Assembly (NCBI GenBank): GCA_964566925.1 | Contig: CAZMIZ010000004.1 | Location: forward strand, 35,951-99,950 | Length of the DNA stretch: 64,000 nt | Source: an uncultured Gammaproteobacteria bacterium | GTDB taxonomy: Bacteria; Patescibacteriota; Microgenomatia; PFEM01; DATLAM01 | Direction: 5' to 3' | Part shown: positions 10,066 to 20,020 of the stretch, piece after piece | How positions within the stretch are numbered: the stretch's first letter is position 1 | Layout of the letters: each line of letters begins with the position of its first letter | Notes under the pieces: model-generated | Databases searched by the model: none | What the model was told of the DNA's origin: nothing | The model's input: only the letters and a program-made list of their open reading frames with translations | Made by a program: the position numbers and the translations under genes

Positions 10066-12530
10066 TTTCTTAAAAAAGCGAAAATTAAGGCCATTGTTAA
10101 AAAAGCAACTAAAGAAACTAGAGAAATTACCTTGCCTATATTATAACCCATGGGGTGATAGACGAAACTAATGAGGTGCTCTCCCTCCGGGACGACCACT
10201 GATCTGAAGGCATAATTAGCCCGATAGACTTTAGTGGGAAAGCCATCAAGGAAGGCTTGCCAGCCAGGATAGTAATTGTCTGAAAAGAAAAGGAGTTGAG
10301 AATGGTCTGTCTCGGCGCTCATCACCACCTCTTGTGGCTCATAAGTTTTGATTTCTAAAAAGGATTCTCTTTGGCTATCCCCCTCCTTAAAATTGTTAGG
10401 CTTTTCTTCTAAAACAACCTTTTCTTTTAAATCAAAATCAGGATTAAAAAGAGAGTCTAGGATTTTTTGAGGGTCTTTTTCAACCACCACCTTGTCAACC
10501 AAAAACGCCCGAGGGAAAACATCCAGATATTCAAACACATACCAGTCTCCTTTATGCCAAACCTGTTTAAAAACTTCTTTAGGGAATCTCTTTTTCAGAG
10601 TCATCACCGACGTTCGGTCGTCATAATAAGCTAAATATTTCACCCCCAAAAGAGATAAAAGCCTCAATCTCCTCTGATTATCCAAAAGGCCCTCTTCGTT
10701 GCCTAAGTCAGAAAGCTTAGCTTCGATTCTGGGAATGTTATTGGTGATCAAACCGTCGTTCTCGGCGGCAAAGAGGAGCTGGCCATATTGATTAGAAAAG
10801 ATCGGATCTAAACCTTCCGGAGAATAAAGCTGTTCATAAGTGGCAATATTGCCCGGTATTGGCTCACCAAAAGCAATAAAGCGATAAGGCGGAAAAGAAT
10901 GTTGTTTTAAAAACGAAAAGACTGGGTGTCGGGGGTATAAAAATTGAGGGTAACCAAGCGAGAGATATTTATTCAAAAAATAAAATTGGCCTAATAAAGT
11001 AAGCAGAATCAGTCCGGCTAAAGCAGGGCGGCGCCATTTTTTCAATCTGATTAAAATAAGTCCTGAGCCGAGCAAGAAGAGAGATAAAAAAATGTTTTTG
11101 ATCATCACCAGGGCACTATTCTGGTCAACTTTTATGCCTGGCCTAATCATCAAATTATTAAGAGGCTGCAAAATTTGAGGATTAAATTTCCACAAAATAA
11201 ACCCGTAAGTCATGGCTAAAACAAGGGTTCCTAAGAGAATGAGAAAAATAATTTTGGTTGATTTTTTGATTTTTAGGGAGCGGTCTTCTAACCAGAAAGA
11301 AAGGCCAAAAGCGGAGAGCGCCGCCAAACAAAAGGTAGTAATAATGAGAATCCGGCTCGGTAAGAAGGTGGGAATCAGCGGCAAGGGCAAATGATAAAAC
11401 GCTTGAGTTAAAGGCGAGTCAATCATCAGAAAAAAGGAAATTAAGGCCCCTAGCCCAAAAAAACGAACTGAATGATTTAGCCTAAATCTTAAAAAGGCCA
11501 GCAAGGCAAAAAACAAAGGGATCACCCCAATAAAAAGCAAGGTTTCGTGATAGAATCCTCGGCCAAAAAAATTATAAACACCAGGATTGCCAAAAATGTC
11601 TGGAACCAGAACGTTTAGAAAGTGGCTGGCTGGCAAAAGATAGGTATCAAACAGATAAAGGGCCGATGAGGTTGGTCTCGGCGATTCAAAGAAAGCCTCT
11701 ATTGATGGCAAAAGCTGGATAGCCGAAAGAGAAAGGGTAAAAATAAACATTCCCACCAAAAGAAGGCTGCTTTTCAACCTCGTTTTCTTCTTTTCCTCTT
11801 TTATTTGGAATAAACCATAAAGAAAAGCAAAAACGAAAAGGTAGAAGCTAATCTGAAAAAAGCCAGCTAAAAAAGAACAAGTTAAAGCCAAAACGCTGAT
11901 TAAGAAAAACCAGCCTTTTTTGGTCCTGAAAAAACCTTCCAGGCCAAACAAAATTAAGGGCAGCCAAAGAGCGGCCTGGGCAACCACAGCATTCTCTTGT
12001 CCCCAAACAATCATAAAACCTGAAAAACCAAAGGCGAAGGCGCCAAAAAAAGCGGCAATTTTGGCAAGCGAAAGTTGTCTTAAAAAAAGATAGGTAAAAA
12101 CCATCGCCAATAAAGGCTGAATAAAAACTAAAATTGACCAGGCAGTAAGCTGGGGCAAAAAAAGATGGAAAACATTAAGCGGATAGAAAATCGCCGATTG
12201 GAAATTGGCTAAATGGGGATTGCCTGAAAAAATGTAAGGGTCCCAAAGGGGAATCTGGCCTTGGTGCAATAAGCGGTTAGTAAAGCTCCGCCAGGGATAA
12301 AAAAGACGGATTTGATCAATCCCGATCGGCTTATGAGGAATTCCCCTCTCCCAGCCTGCAAATTTCTCAGTCGACCAGGGAGAATAAAATTGAGCCAAAA
12401 AATTCGAAGGGAAAACAATCTTTTTTTGAAAAAGAGCTTCTCGATAGAAAAAAAGCTGGCCCAGAAGGACTAAAATAAATAAGAAAACAATTATTTTCCC
12501 TGGTTTGTTTTTCTTTTTTTTCATTCTCAA
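10062..12530 (-). CDS. YfhO-family GT-C membrane protein
   Basis: IPLWDPYIFSGNPHLANFQSAIFYP; C-terminal YYPGWQAFLDG..RANYAFRSVVVPEGEH. Confidence 0.85.
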   Translation of the reverse strand: MRMKKKKNKPGKIIVFLFILVLLGQLFFYREALFQKKIVFPSNFLAQFYSPWSTEKFAGWERGIPHKPIGIDQIRLFYPWRSFTNRLLHQGQIPLWDPYIFSGNPHLANFQSAIFYPLNVFHLFLPQLTAWSILVFIQPLLAMVFTYLFLRQLSLAKIAAFFGAFAFGFSGFMIVWGQENAVVAQAALWLPLILFGLEGFFRTKKGWFFLISVLALTCSFLAGFFQISFYLFVFAFLYGLFQIKEEKKKTRLKSSLLLVGMFIFTLSLSAIQLLPSIEAFFESPRPTSSALYLFDTYLLPASHFLNVLVPDIFGNPGVYNFFGRGFYHETLLFIGVIPLFFALLAFLRFRLNHSVRFFGLGALISFFLMIDSPLTQAFYHLPLPLIPTFLPSRILIITTFCLAALSAFGLSFWLEDRSLKIKKSTKIIFLILLGTLVLAMTYGFILWKFNPQILQPLNNLMIRPGIKVDQNSALVMIKNIFLSLFLLGSGLILIRLKKWRRPALAGLILLTLLGQFYFLNKYLSLGYPQFLYPRHPVFSFLKQHSFPPYRFIAFGEPIPGNIATYEQLYSPEGLDPIFSNQYGQLLFAAENDGLITNNIPRIEAKLSDLGNEEGLLDNQRRLRLLSLLGVKYLAYYDDRTSVMTLKKRFPKEVFKQVWHKGDWYVFEYLDVFPRAFLVDKVVVEKDPQKILDSLFNPDFDLKEKVVLEEKPNNFKEGDSQRESFLEIKTYEPQEVVMSAETDHSQLLFFSDNYYPGWQAFLDGFPTKVYRANYAFRSVVVPEGEHLISFVYHPMGYNIGKVISLVSLVAFLTMALIFAFLRK

Positions 12531-13255
12531 ATAAAAATCTTTGATTTCACTCCCAACGGCCGCAAAAGATATTTAAATAAAGTCAAAATTGTCATTAAGC
12601 CATAGCGAACTGACCGGACGAAGTTGATTGAAGAAGCTTCTGGAAAATAGCGCACCGGGACAGGGATCTCGCCAATGCTGAATCCGGCGGCCACCGCCGA
12701 AATTAAAATCTCCTGATCAAAAACAAAGTCATTAGAGAACTGCTGAAAAGGGAGGGTTCGTAAAACTTCACTCTTAAAGGCTCGAAAACCAGTATGGTAT
12801 TCAGAAAGGTTAAGACCTAAAACAATATTTTCCAAAATCGTTAAAAACCGATTAGAAAGATATTTATAAAATGGCATCCCCCCTTCAAGAGCTTCTTTTC
12901 GACTTCTAATCCGACTGCCTAGCATAATCTCAAACCGCCCATCAAGAAGAGGTTTAACCAAATCAGCCGTCAAGGTAGCGTCATATTGGTAATCTGGATG
13001 AATCATCACCACAATGTCCGGCTTTGTCTTTAACGCTTCCCAATAGCAAGTCTTTTGATTGCCACCATAACCCAAATTGGTTGGGTGAACAAAGACCTTC
13101 AGGCCCAGCTTTTTGGCGATCTTCACCGTCTTGTCCTGACTCTGGTCATCAACTAAGATTACCTCTTCTGCTAATCCTTGGGGAATATCGTGATAGGTCT
13201 TCTCCAGGGTTTTAGCCGCGTTATAGGCAGGCATGATAACCACTATTTTTTCCAT
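12527..13255 (-). CDS. GT2 polyprenol-phosphate glycosyltransferase (DPM1-like)
   Basis: PAYNAAKTL, VDDQSQD, NLGYGGNQK, HPDYQY and HTGFRAF motifs. Confidence 0.85.
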   Translation of the reverse strand: MEKIVVIMPAYNAAKTLEKTYHDIPQGLAEEVILVDDQSQDKTVKIAKKLGLKVFVHPTNLGYGGNQKTCYWEALKTKPDIVVMIHPDYQYDATLTADLVKPLLDGRFEIMLGSRIRSRKEALEGGMPFYKYLSNRFLTILENIVLGLNLSEYHTGFRAFKSEVLRTLPFQQFSNDFVFDQEILISAVAAGFSIGEIPVPVRYFPEASSINFVRSVRYGLMTILTLFKYLLRPLGVKSKIFI

Positions 13256-14919
13256 AAGTTCCTTAACTGATAACCAATAAAAATTAAGGTCACTAAGGTC
13301 AGCGCTTCTCCTATTATTCTATCCCAGGTTTTTCCAAATTTAAAGAGAACTTCATGCTTCCCCGCCACCACAGGAATCCTCATTAGACCAGTCACTGTCG
13401 TGATTTCCATCTTTTCTTTTTGACCGTCAATGAATAACTCCCAGCCAGGATAATAGATGGTATTGAGAATCAATGAGCTTGCTTCTTTAACCCCGATCCG
13501 ATAAGCCTGAAGATTAGACCGCATCTCAACCACTTCAGTTTCCGCCTGACCGCCGGAACCGGTGACGGGCGTCTCCCTTCTAGGCAAATATTTAGGATTT
13601 ACCCAAAGAGGCCGATATTCATCAAAAGAACTGCTAGATGAGTAATGTTCTTGATAAAAACTGTCAGGCAGGTCAAGATATTGATTGACCCTCAAATGGT
13701 TTCGGTTGCCATAAAAAGTCAAAAACAAAAGTCCTAAAACCACCGGATAAAGAAAGCTCTTCAAGAGCCTTTCTTTTCTTAAAAGAGTCACCAGTCCCCC
13801 GGCAATTAAAGAAGAAAAGAGAGTCGTCAAAGCCAGGTAACGAAAGGGGAAATCAATTTTGAAAAACAAAGACATCATCTGCCAACAAGGCTTTGAAAGA
13901 GAAAGCATTAAAAAAATTGAGGTGGCGAAAAAGAAAACCAATAAACCGGCTAGTTTATGAAAAAATTCAAATTTTTCTTTTCTTATTCTTCGCCAAACTA
14001 AGAGAAAGAACATTAAGATAACAACTAGCCATTGAGCAATTCCGACTTGAAAGGACATCGCGTCTCTTTCAACCCCGGGATGAGAAAAGCCATAACCCCA
14101 AGGCGAGTAAAGGAGTTGCTTAAAATTAGGAAAATGTTGGGTGTAAAAATTGGTTAGCAACCGAGAAAACATCGCCCATCTTCTTTCTATCAATATCGGT
14201 AACCAGTAATAAGCCGATATTCCGGCGGCTAAAATGAAAAGCTTTAAATAGCGATAACCGACTTCCTTTTTCTTCCCGGTTTGCCAAAGGCAAAACCCTG
14301 CCAGAAAAACAAAAAAGGGCAAAAAAAGAAAGGTCAACATGGCATGAGAAAGCAAAAGTCCGGCTAAAGAGAAAGCGCCTATAAAAATAGCTTTTTGGTT
14401 TTCTTTTTCGCGAAGAGAAACGAGAGCCCAGATTGCCAAGGGAAAGAAAAAGAAGCAGACCGCCTCACCCAGACTGGCACGAACAAAAATAGTGGAAAAG
14501 CGCCAAGGGGCCCAAAGATAAAAAAGGGCTCCTATTAAAGCGGCCAAGCGATTACCCCAAATCTTTTTTTGGGCCCAATACATCACGATACCCGAAAAAA
14601 GATAGGCTAAGATGAAAACGGCTTTAATTGAATCACTCAAGGAAAGGCCCAGAAAACTGAAAAATGCTCCCAAGTAAAAGGGGAAACGATAGGTGAAAAC
14701 AAACAACGGATAACCGAAACCCCTAAAAGCGGGTGGGCCTGCCCAGCGAACCGGCCATTGGCCATCTTTTAGACCCACCAGAAAGTGATTAAGCCTAATC
14801 ATTTGGTGCTCGCCGTCGTGGCTGGTATAAAACCCGGGATGAAATAAAGCTTTGACGGCAAAAAGAGAAACCAAAAACAAAAAGAGGACAATCAACCAGT
14901 CAATTTTTTTGGATTTCAA
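13243..14919 (-). CDS. GT-C membrane protein (PTPS-related/YfhO-like)
   Basis: SHDGEH..GQWPVRWA..GFGYPLF, VRASLGE, FPFRYL and YYPGW motifs. Confidence 0.75.
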   Translation of the reverse strand: MKSKKIDWLIVLFLFLVSLFAVKALFHPGFYTSHDGEHQMIRLNHFLVGLKDGQWPVRWAGPPAFRGFGYPLFVFTYRFPFYLGAFFSFLGLSLSDSIKAVFILAYLFSGIVMYWAQKKIWGNRLAALIGALFYLWAPWRFSTIFVRASLGEAVCFFFFPLAIWALVSLREKENQKAIFIGAFSLAGLLLSHAMLTFLFLPFFVFLAGFCLWQTGKKKEVGYRYLKLFILAAGISAYYWLPILIERRWAMFSRLLTNFYTQHFPNFKQLLYSPWGYGFSHPGVERDAMSFQVGIAQWLVVILMFFLLVWRRIRKEKFEFFHKLAGLLVFFFATSIFLMLSLSKPCWQMMSLFFKIDFPFRYLALTTLFSSLIAGGLVTLLRKERLLKSFLYPVVLGLLFLTFYGNRNHLRVNQYLDLPDSFYQEHYSSSSSFDEYRPLWVNPKYLPRRETPVTGSGGQAETEVVEMRSNLQAYRIGVKEASSLILNTIYYPGWELFIDGQKEKMEITTVTGLMRIPVVAGKHEVLFKFGKTWDRIIGEALTLVTLIFIGYQLRNLWKK

Positions 14920-15833
14920 ACTTTCCCCCTGACCCTAGAATTGATTAGTTCTGGCAGTTGAGCCAGGGCCTTTCCCAGGCCTAACCAGAACAAGAAATCA
15001 GTAGAGAAGGTCGCTCTGATTAAGTGATACGGAAGCCAAAACAAATGGGGAATCAACATCTCTAAATTCGCGTTTTTCCAGACAAACAAAAATTGGTTCT
15101 TATAACCAAAAACTTTCATTTCTTTCTGACCAAATGTAGGGATATTGGTGGTTTCATGTCGGTGGTTAACCCTTGATCCTGGCTCAAAGACAACCCTCCA
15201 ACCTCTTTTTCTTGCCCGCCATGATAAATCAATGTCTTCCCAATAAGCGGGTCGGAAGAGAGGGTCCATTCCACCGAGTTTGAGCCATTTCTCTCGCTCA
15301 ACCGCCATACTGCCGGCAGTGGCCCAAAGAGTATCCCTTTTGTTTTGATCTTTAGCCCGCCAATGAACCAAAAACCCTCGTTTAAACTCTCCCAATCCCC
15401 GTCCACTATAAACCACTTTTCCATTTCTAATGTCTTTCTCTTTACAACCAACAGCAAAAACTAGAGAATCTTCAAAGTGTTTTAAAAGGGGTTCTAAAAA
15501 AGCTGGCTCCGGAGAGACGTCATTATTAAGAAGGACAACAATTTCTCCTTTGGCCGCTTTTACCCCAGTGTTACAAGCGGCCGCAAAGCGCTGGTTTTTT
15601 TGATGAACCATCACTCTAACTTGAGGATAATTCTTTTTTAAAAAGGTAACACTCCCGTCAGTGGAAGCATCATCAACCACAATAATTTCCCAACCTGCCT
15701 CGCCTGCCTTATCAACTGGCGGGTTGGATTTTGACCAGGTCTGACAGGCTTTGATCACCGCTGGCAAGTTTTTCTTCAAGAGTTCCTTGCCGTTGAAGTT
15801 GGGAATAACCAGACTGACTTTAATACCAGCCAT
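14916..15833 (-). CDS. GT2 glycosyltransferase (rhamnosyltransferase-like)
   Basis: VDDASTDGS, LLNND and AYWEDIDLSWRA motifs. Confidence 0.85.
   Translation of the reverse strand: MAGIKVSLVIPNFNGKELLKKNLPAVIKACQTWSKSNPPVDKAGEAGWEIIVVDDASTDGSVTFLKKNYPQVRVMVHQKNQRFAAACNTGVKAAKGEIVVLLNNDVSPEPAFLEPLLKHFEDSLVFAVGCKEKDIRNGKVVYSGRGLGEFKRGFLVHWRAKDQNKRDTLWATAGSMAVEREKWLKLGGMDPLFRPAYWEDIDLSWRARKRGWRVVFEPGSRVNHRHETTNIPTFGQKEMKVFGYKNQFLFVWKNANLEMLIPHLFWLPYHLIRATFSTDFLFWLGLGKALAQLPELINSRVRGKV
15694..15723. repeat. Small GC-rich hairpin element inside the GT2 coding sequence
   Basis: cctgcctcgcctgccttatcaactggcggg, encoding PPVDKAGEAG; shares cctgcctcgcc with intergenic 59393-59403. Confidence 0.55.
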
Positions 15834-18156
15834 ATTCAAAAGTTACTTGATGATTTCCTTCCGGGACAATCACTCCCCGGAAATTATAATCGGCCCGATA
15901 AATTTGAGTTCCTTGGCCGTCAATTTTTGCTTGCCAGCCGGGGTAAAAAGAATCAGTTAAAACCAAAATCCCTGACTGGCTGGTTTCCACCTCAATAAGA
16001 ACCTTGTTTTCTTCATAATCCAGAATGGCTACTTTATTTTCGCCTTTAACCAAACCCGTTTCAGGCTGATCGCTTTCCAAAATGACTGTCTCTCTTAAAT
16101 CAATCCCTTCATTCATTAATAAATCAATCGCTTCTTGCTTATCTTTAGCTAGTTGATATTGGTAAACTATAAAAGCCCGAGGAAAAACATTTTGGTTCTG
16201 ATAAACCTTAGTTTGGCCCTCTTCAAAAACCTTAACCCATTTAGGCGAATCTTCCTCATCTAGGCTTAAAAGATATTTAGTATTCAAAAGATCGATAATT
16301 CTTGATTCGTAATTATGAGGAGTAATAATTCGATTAAATCCAAATGGTGGTTCAATGTTGGCCTCTCCCCTTTCTGAGGCGGCGATGAGCTCAGCGTAGC
16401 GAGAAAGATACAAGGGATCATACCCTTCTATCGTTTGAAGCCTATAAGGAATTGAGAAATTGGGGGCCAAAAGACGGCGATCGGTGGTCATCAAGCGGAA
16501 AACGTCTTGATCTTTTTTCAAAAATTCAACCGTCTCGGTTGAAGGAAAAAGCCATTCTTCTTTAACAAAAGGAGTAAATTTCCAACCAAAACGGAGAAGG
16601 TCGAAGATGGTCAATAAGACAATTCCTATTAGAATTAAGAGTCGAGAATAACGAATTATGAATCTCTTTTTTTTGAATAGTTTCGGGGTTAACCAGCTGG
16701 CCACCATCAAACCAGCCAAGCCAGCAAAGATGGCCGTTGGCAAGATAAGGTTTCTTTGACTAACCGCCAAATTAACTACCCATGGAGCCTCTGGCCAAAT
16801 CTTTTTTGCTCCTAAAACAAAAAGCCATAAGAGACCATAAAAAATAGAAAATGGGATTAGGGTTAAGATTATTTTCCCCCAAGAGATTTTCTTTTTCAGA
16901 AAGGCATCGACGCCCAAGGCAGCCAAAACGGCGAGACAAAAATCAACGATAAAGAGCAGCCTAGTCGGTTGGCTAGTAGAAATCAACGGTAAGTTTAGCC
17001 AGTAGGGCAATTTTGCCCAGGGCGTGGGTAAAGCAAAACTTAAAAACAAAAAAACTAAGAAACTAAAGAATAAGGTTGTTTTATCGCGTCGCCAGATGAT
17101 AGCTAAAAAAGCAAAAATTAAAGGAATCACCCCCAGATATCCCAGGAACTCGGCGTAATTAAAAATCCCCCAATAATTCAAGGTGGTTGGGTTGCCAAAA
17201 AAATCAGGTGCTAAGAATTGAACTAGGTTTTGCCAAGGAATAAACCAGCCAGGTTGATTGAATTGAGACTGATCGATCTCTCTGGCGCTCAATTTAATAA
17301 ATTGAAGAGTGGGTAACCACTGGATTGAGGTAAGCAAAAGGAATAATGAATAAAGAAAACAGAACAGAAGAATTAGTTTGCGGCGATCTTTTTTAGTTTG
17401 GAGTAATCGCCAAACTAAATAGATAATCGAAAATAAAACTAAATAAAAAGAGGTCTGTAAATGGCCAGCCAAAAAAGAGACTGTAAGAGAAAAAACAAAG
17501 ACCAAACCCCAAAGTAGTAAATTTCCACTTTTACTTAATACTTGAGACTTAATACTTAAGACTATCTTGTCGATGGCCAGCAAAATTAAAGGCATCCATA
17601 AGGCCACCTGAAGAACCGTTCCCCATTCGAGCCAGGCAATAAAAAAGCCGGAAAGCGAAAAACTGATTGCCCCCAGAAAAGCGGCCAGCTTTTCTAGCTT
17701 TAGCTGGCGAAGATAAGCATAAAGGAAAAAGCCGGCCAAAAGCGGCTGAAGGAAAATTAGGCCACTCCAAGCCAAATTAAAAGGTAAAACAAAAAATAAA
17801 ATATTCAGAGGGTAAAAAACGGCCCCTTGAAGATTGGCTAAGAGTGGTCCCCCAGCTAAGGTATAAGGATTCCATAAAGGCAGTTGGCCCTGGGAAATTA
17901 AATCAATCCCTAACTCCCGCCAGGGATATTGTTGGCGCACCGGATCAGTGATTAGAAAATTTTTAAAAGGCACCCCGGCGGTGAAATTATCCCAGACAAC
18001 ATCTCTCCAGGGATGATACATGCCCACAATCGTGTCGGCTGGAAGAGGCAAGAGGCCACCAAGTAAAAATTGATGGAAAAAAATCGCCACTACTAGGCCG
18101 ATGAGGATTATCGACCAATGAGCAACGATCAAACTTTTAAGGCTTGATAATTTCAT
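15820..18156 (-). CDS. YfhO-family GT-C membrane protein
   Basis: LPLWNPYTLAGGPLLANLQGAVFYP, APDFFGNP, EGYDPL and FYPGWQAKIDG motifs. Confidence 0.85.
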   Translation of the reverse strand: MKLSSLKSLIVAHWSIILIGLVVAIFFHQFLLGGLLPLPADTIVGMYHPWRDVVWDNFTAGVPFKNFLITDPVRQQYPWRELGIDLISQGQLPLWNPYTLAGGPLLANLQGAVFYPLNILFFVLPFNLAWSGLIFLQPLLAGFFLYAYLRQLKLEKLAAFLGAISFSLSGFFIAWLEWGTVLQVALWMPLILLAIDKIVLSIKSQVLSKSGNLLLWGLVFVFSLTVSFLAGHLQTSFYLVLFSIIYLVWRLLQTKKDRRKLILLFCFLYSLFLLLTSIQWLPTLQFIKLSAREIDQSQFNQPGWFIPWQNLVQFLAPDFFGNPTTLNYWGIFNYAEFLGYLGVIPLIFAFLAIIWRRDKTTLFFSFLVFLFLSFALPTPWAKLPYWLNLPLISTSQPTRLLFIVDFCLAVLAALGVDAFLKKKISWGKIILTLIPFSIFYGLLWLFVLGAKKIWPEAPWVVNLAVSQRNLILPTAIFAGLAGLMVASWLTPKLFKKKRFIIRYSRLLILIGIVLLTIFDLLRFGWKFTPFVKEEWLFPSTETVEFLKKDQDVFRLMTTDRRLLAPNFSIPYRLQTIEGYDPLYLSRYAELIAASERGEANIEPPFGFNRIITPHNYESRIIDLLNTKYLLSLDEEDSPKWVKVFEEGQTKVYQNQNVFPRAFIVYQYQLAKDKQEAIDLLMNEGIDLRETVILESDQPETGLVKGENKVAILDYEENKVLIEVETSQSGILVLTDSFYPGWQAKIDGQGTQIYRADYNFRGVIVPEGNHQVTFEYGWY
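17533..17563. repeat. Degenerate heptamer tandem repeat (ACTTRAK) inside the YfhO-like gene
   Basis: acttaat acttgag acttaat acttaag act. Confidence 0.8.
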
Positions 18157-19201
18157 CAAACTTCTGGTAAAAAACTTCCTTTTTAAATCTTTGACTGTCT
18201 TTTATTGCTTGGCGAGAAAGGTTTTTCCATAAAGTCGGTGATTTTGATAGTCTGATGGTCAGCTTTTGAAGCTCTTTCTTTGTTTGCCAGAGGAAGCCAT
18301 TCCTGCCATCTTTGATGATTTCGGGAATGCCGCCTTTACCAATCACCACCGGCACATCACCAGCGGCCATCGCCTCGACCACTGAAATGCCGAAATGCTC
18401 CATTCGTTCAGGATATAAATTTTCGTCCTCGCCAAAACCAGCGGCGTGCCAATATATTTTAGCTCGATCATAATGTTTTTTTAATTCATCAAACTTAACG
18501 TTAGAGCGCACCTCAATCGGATATCCTTCGGCCGCTTTTTTAAGAGCCTTAAGATAGCCTTCATCCGCCTTTAACGCCCCTCCTAATAAGACTAAACGCC
18601 AACCTTTGAGGCCCTGATCATAAACTTTTCTAAAAACCTCAACTAAAATATGCTGCTTCTTAGCATGAAGTGCCTGGGTAAATCGGCCCACCGAAAGAAT
18701 CAGGTTTTCTTTTTTATCTGGTTTAAAATCTTCGACGGAAACCGGCGGATAAATGACTTGGCTTTGGACGCCATACTCCTGGTCAATATATTTTTTGGTG
18801 AATTTCGAGTTACAGACAATTTGGCTAAATTTGGCTAATTTTATTTTGTTTAAAAGGGATTTCCCGTTAACTCTAGTAAAAGGGACCTGAAAATGAAGGA
18901 TGTTTTTCTTGGCAAATAAAAAGGGCAGACTGCCGTCAGATAAATAAAAAACTAGATCGTAATTCCTGGTGATCTGCCATTTATGAACAACATTTCTATT
19001 CGAGGAAAAAATATTCTCAACAAAACTAATTTTGCCTAAATCAAGGTCAAATCTTTCCTTTAACTTTTTCTTTATCTGTTCATCATCCCAAAAAAGATCT
19101 ACTTGATGATCCTGATTGCTTAAATGTTCGGCAAGAGTAAGGACATATTTTTCTCCTCCTCCCAAACTGTTAAGATACGGGTTGAATAAACCAATTTTCA
19201 T
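18137..19201 (-). CDS. GT4 glycosyltransferase (ALG11-like)
   Basis: GGGEKY, NSKFT, SVGRF and EHFGISVVEAMAAG motifs; start at MKIG (19201). Confidence 0.85.
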   Translation of the reverse strand: MKIGLFNPYLNSLGGGEKYVLTLAEHLSNQDHQVDLFWDDEQIKKKLKERFDLDLGKISFVENIFSSNRNVVHKWQITRNYDLVFYLSDGSLPFLFAKKNILHFQVPFTRVNGKSLLNKIKLAKFSQIVCNSKFTKKYIDQEYGVQSQVIYPPVSVEDFKPDKKENLILSVGRFTQALHAKKQHILVEVFRKVYDQGLKGWRLVLLGGALKADEGYLKALKKAAEGYPIEVRSNVKFDELKKHYDRAKIYWHAAGFGEDENLYPERMEHFGISVVEAMAAGDVPVVIGKGGIPEIIKDGRNGFLWQTKKELQKLTIRLSKSPTLWKNLSRQAIKDSQRFKKEVFYQKFDEIIKP

Positions 19202-19956
19202 TTCTTGTCTCCCCGCTGCATTTCCCATAAACGAGCGTAAATGATAAAGGTATTAAAGGTTTCAAAAATGGCATTGATCCAACCCTCGGTGCCATCGCGC
19301 CAACCGCCTTGCTTGACGATTCTTTCAAAAAACTTAGTCGCCATCATTCGTAAAAACCGCCACCAAACTACCGGAGGATGCTTCGCCTGGTAAAGAAGCC
19401 TGGCTTCAATCTTGGTCCATTTAATGGTTTTATTCAACATCGAGGTTAAATCTCGATGAGTTAGGTGGATAATGGGATTCTCTAGCTTGCCCGCTTTTCC
19501 CTCAAAAATCGGCCATTCATGAAGTTGGTCCTGCCAACCTTTTAATTTACTTTTTCTAAAAAGTCTTTGAACATAATCTGGCCAAGCACCCCCATGTTTC
19601 ATTTCCCGACCCAGAAAAAAATTGCGCCTCGGGATTTTATAAGCCGCAAACTTATTCTTGGCGATCACCCGCTGAATTTCCTCTCTTAACTGAGGCGTCG
19701 CTCTCTCATCGGCATCCAGATATAAAATCCAGTCGCCTTTGGCTTTTTCTTTGCCTAAATTACGCCACCGAGCAAAGGCCAAACTTTTTGATTTAGCTTC
19801 AACGATCCTCGCCTGATACTTTTTGGCAATCTTCAGAATCTTATCAGTTATCCCGGTATCCACCAGAACAATCTCGTCAGCCCATTTAACTGATTCCAGG
19901 CAGTCACCGATAACTTTCTCTTCATCCTTGGCTAAGACAATCACACTCAATTTCAT
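19198..19956 (-). CDS. GT2 glycosyltransferase (beta-1,4-glucosyltransferase-like)
   Basis: KDEEKVIGDCL, LDADER, WPD..RLF, LHE and GWRDGTEG motifs; start at MKLS (19956). Confidence 0.85.
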   Translation of the reverse strand: MKLSVIVLAKDEEKVIGDCLESVKWADEIVLVDTGITDKILKIAKKYQARIVEAKSKSLAFARWRNLGKEKAKGDWILYLDADERATPQLREEIQRVIAKNKFAAYKIPRRNFFLGREMKHGGAWPDYVQRLFRKSKLKGWQDQLHEWPIFEGKAGKLENPIIHLTHRDLTSMLNKTIKWTKIEARLLYQAKHPPVVWWRFLRMMATKFFERIVKQGGWRDGTEGWINAIFETFNTFIIYARLWEMQRGDKK

Positions 19957-19966
19957 CTTAATCCTA

Positions 19967-20008
19967 ATTATACCTCGTTTCACTCAGGTAATCTCTTAGA
20001 TTATACCT
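19967..20008 (-). promoter_or_regulatory. Tandem aggTATAAT -10 boxes
   Basis: attatacct at 19967-19975 and 20000-20008, upstream of ATG 19956. Confidence 0.5.
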
Positions 20009-20020
20009 TGCCTTACTGGT

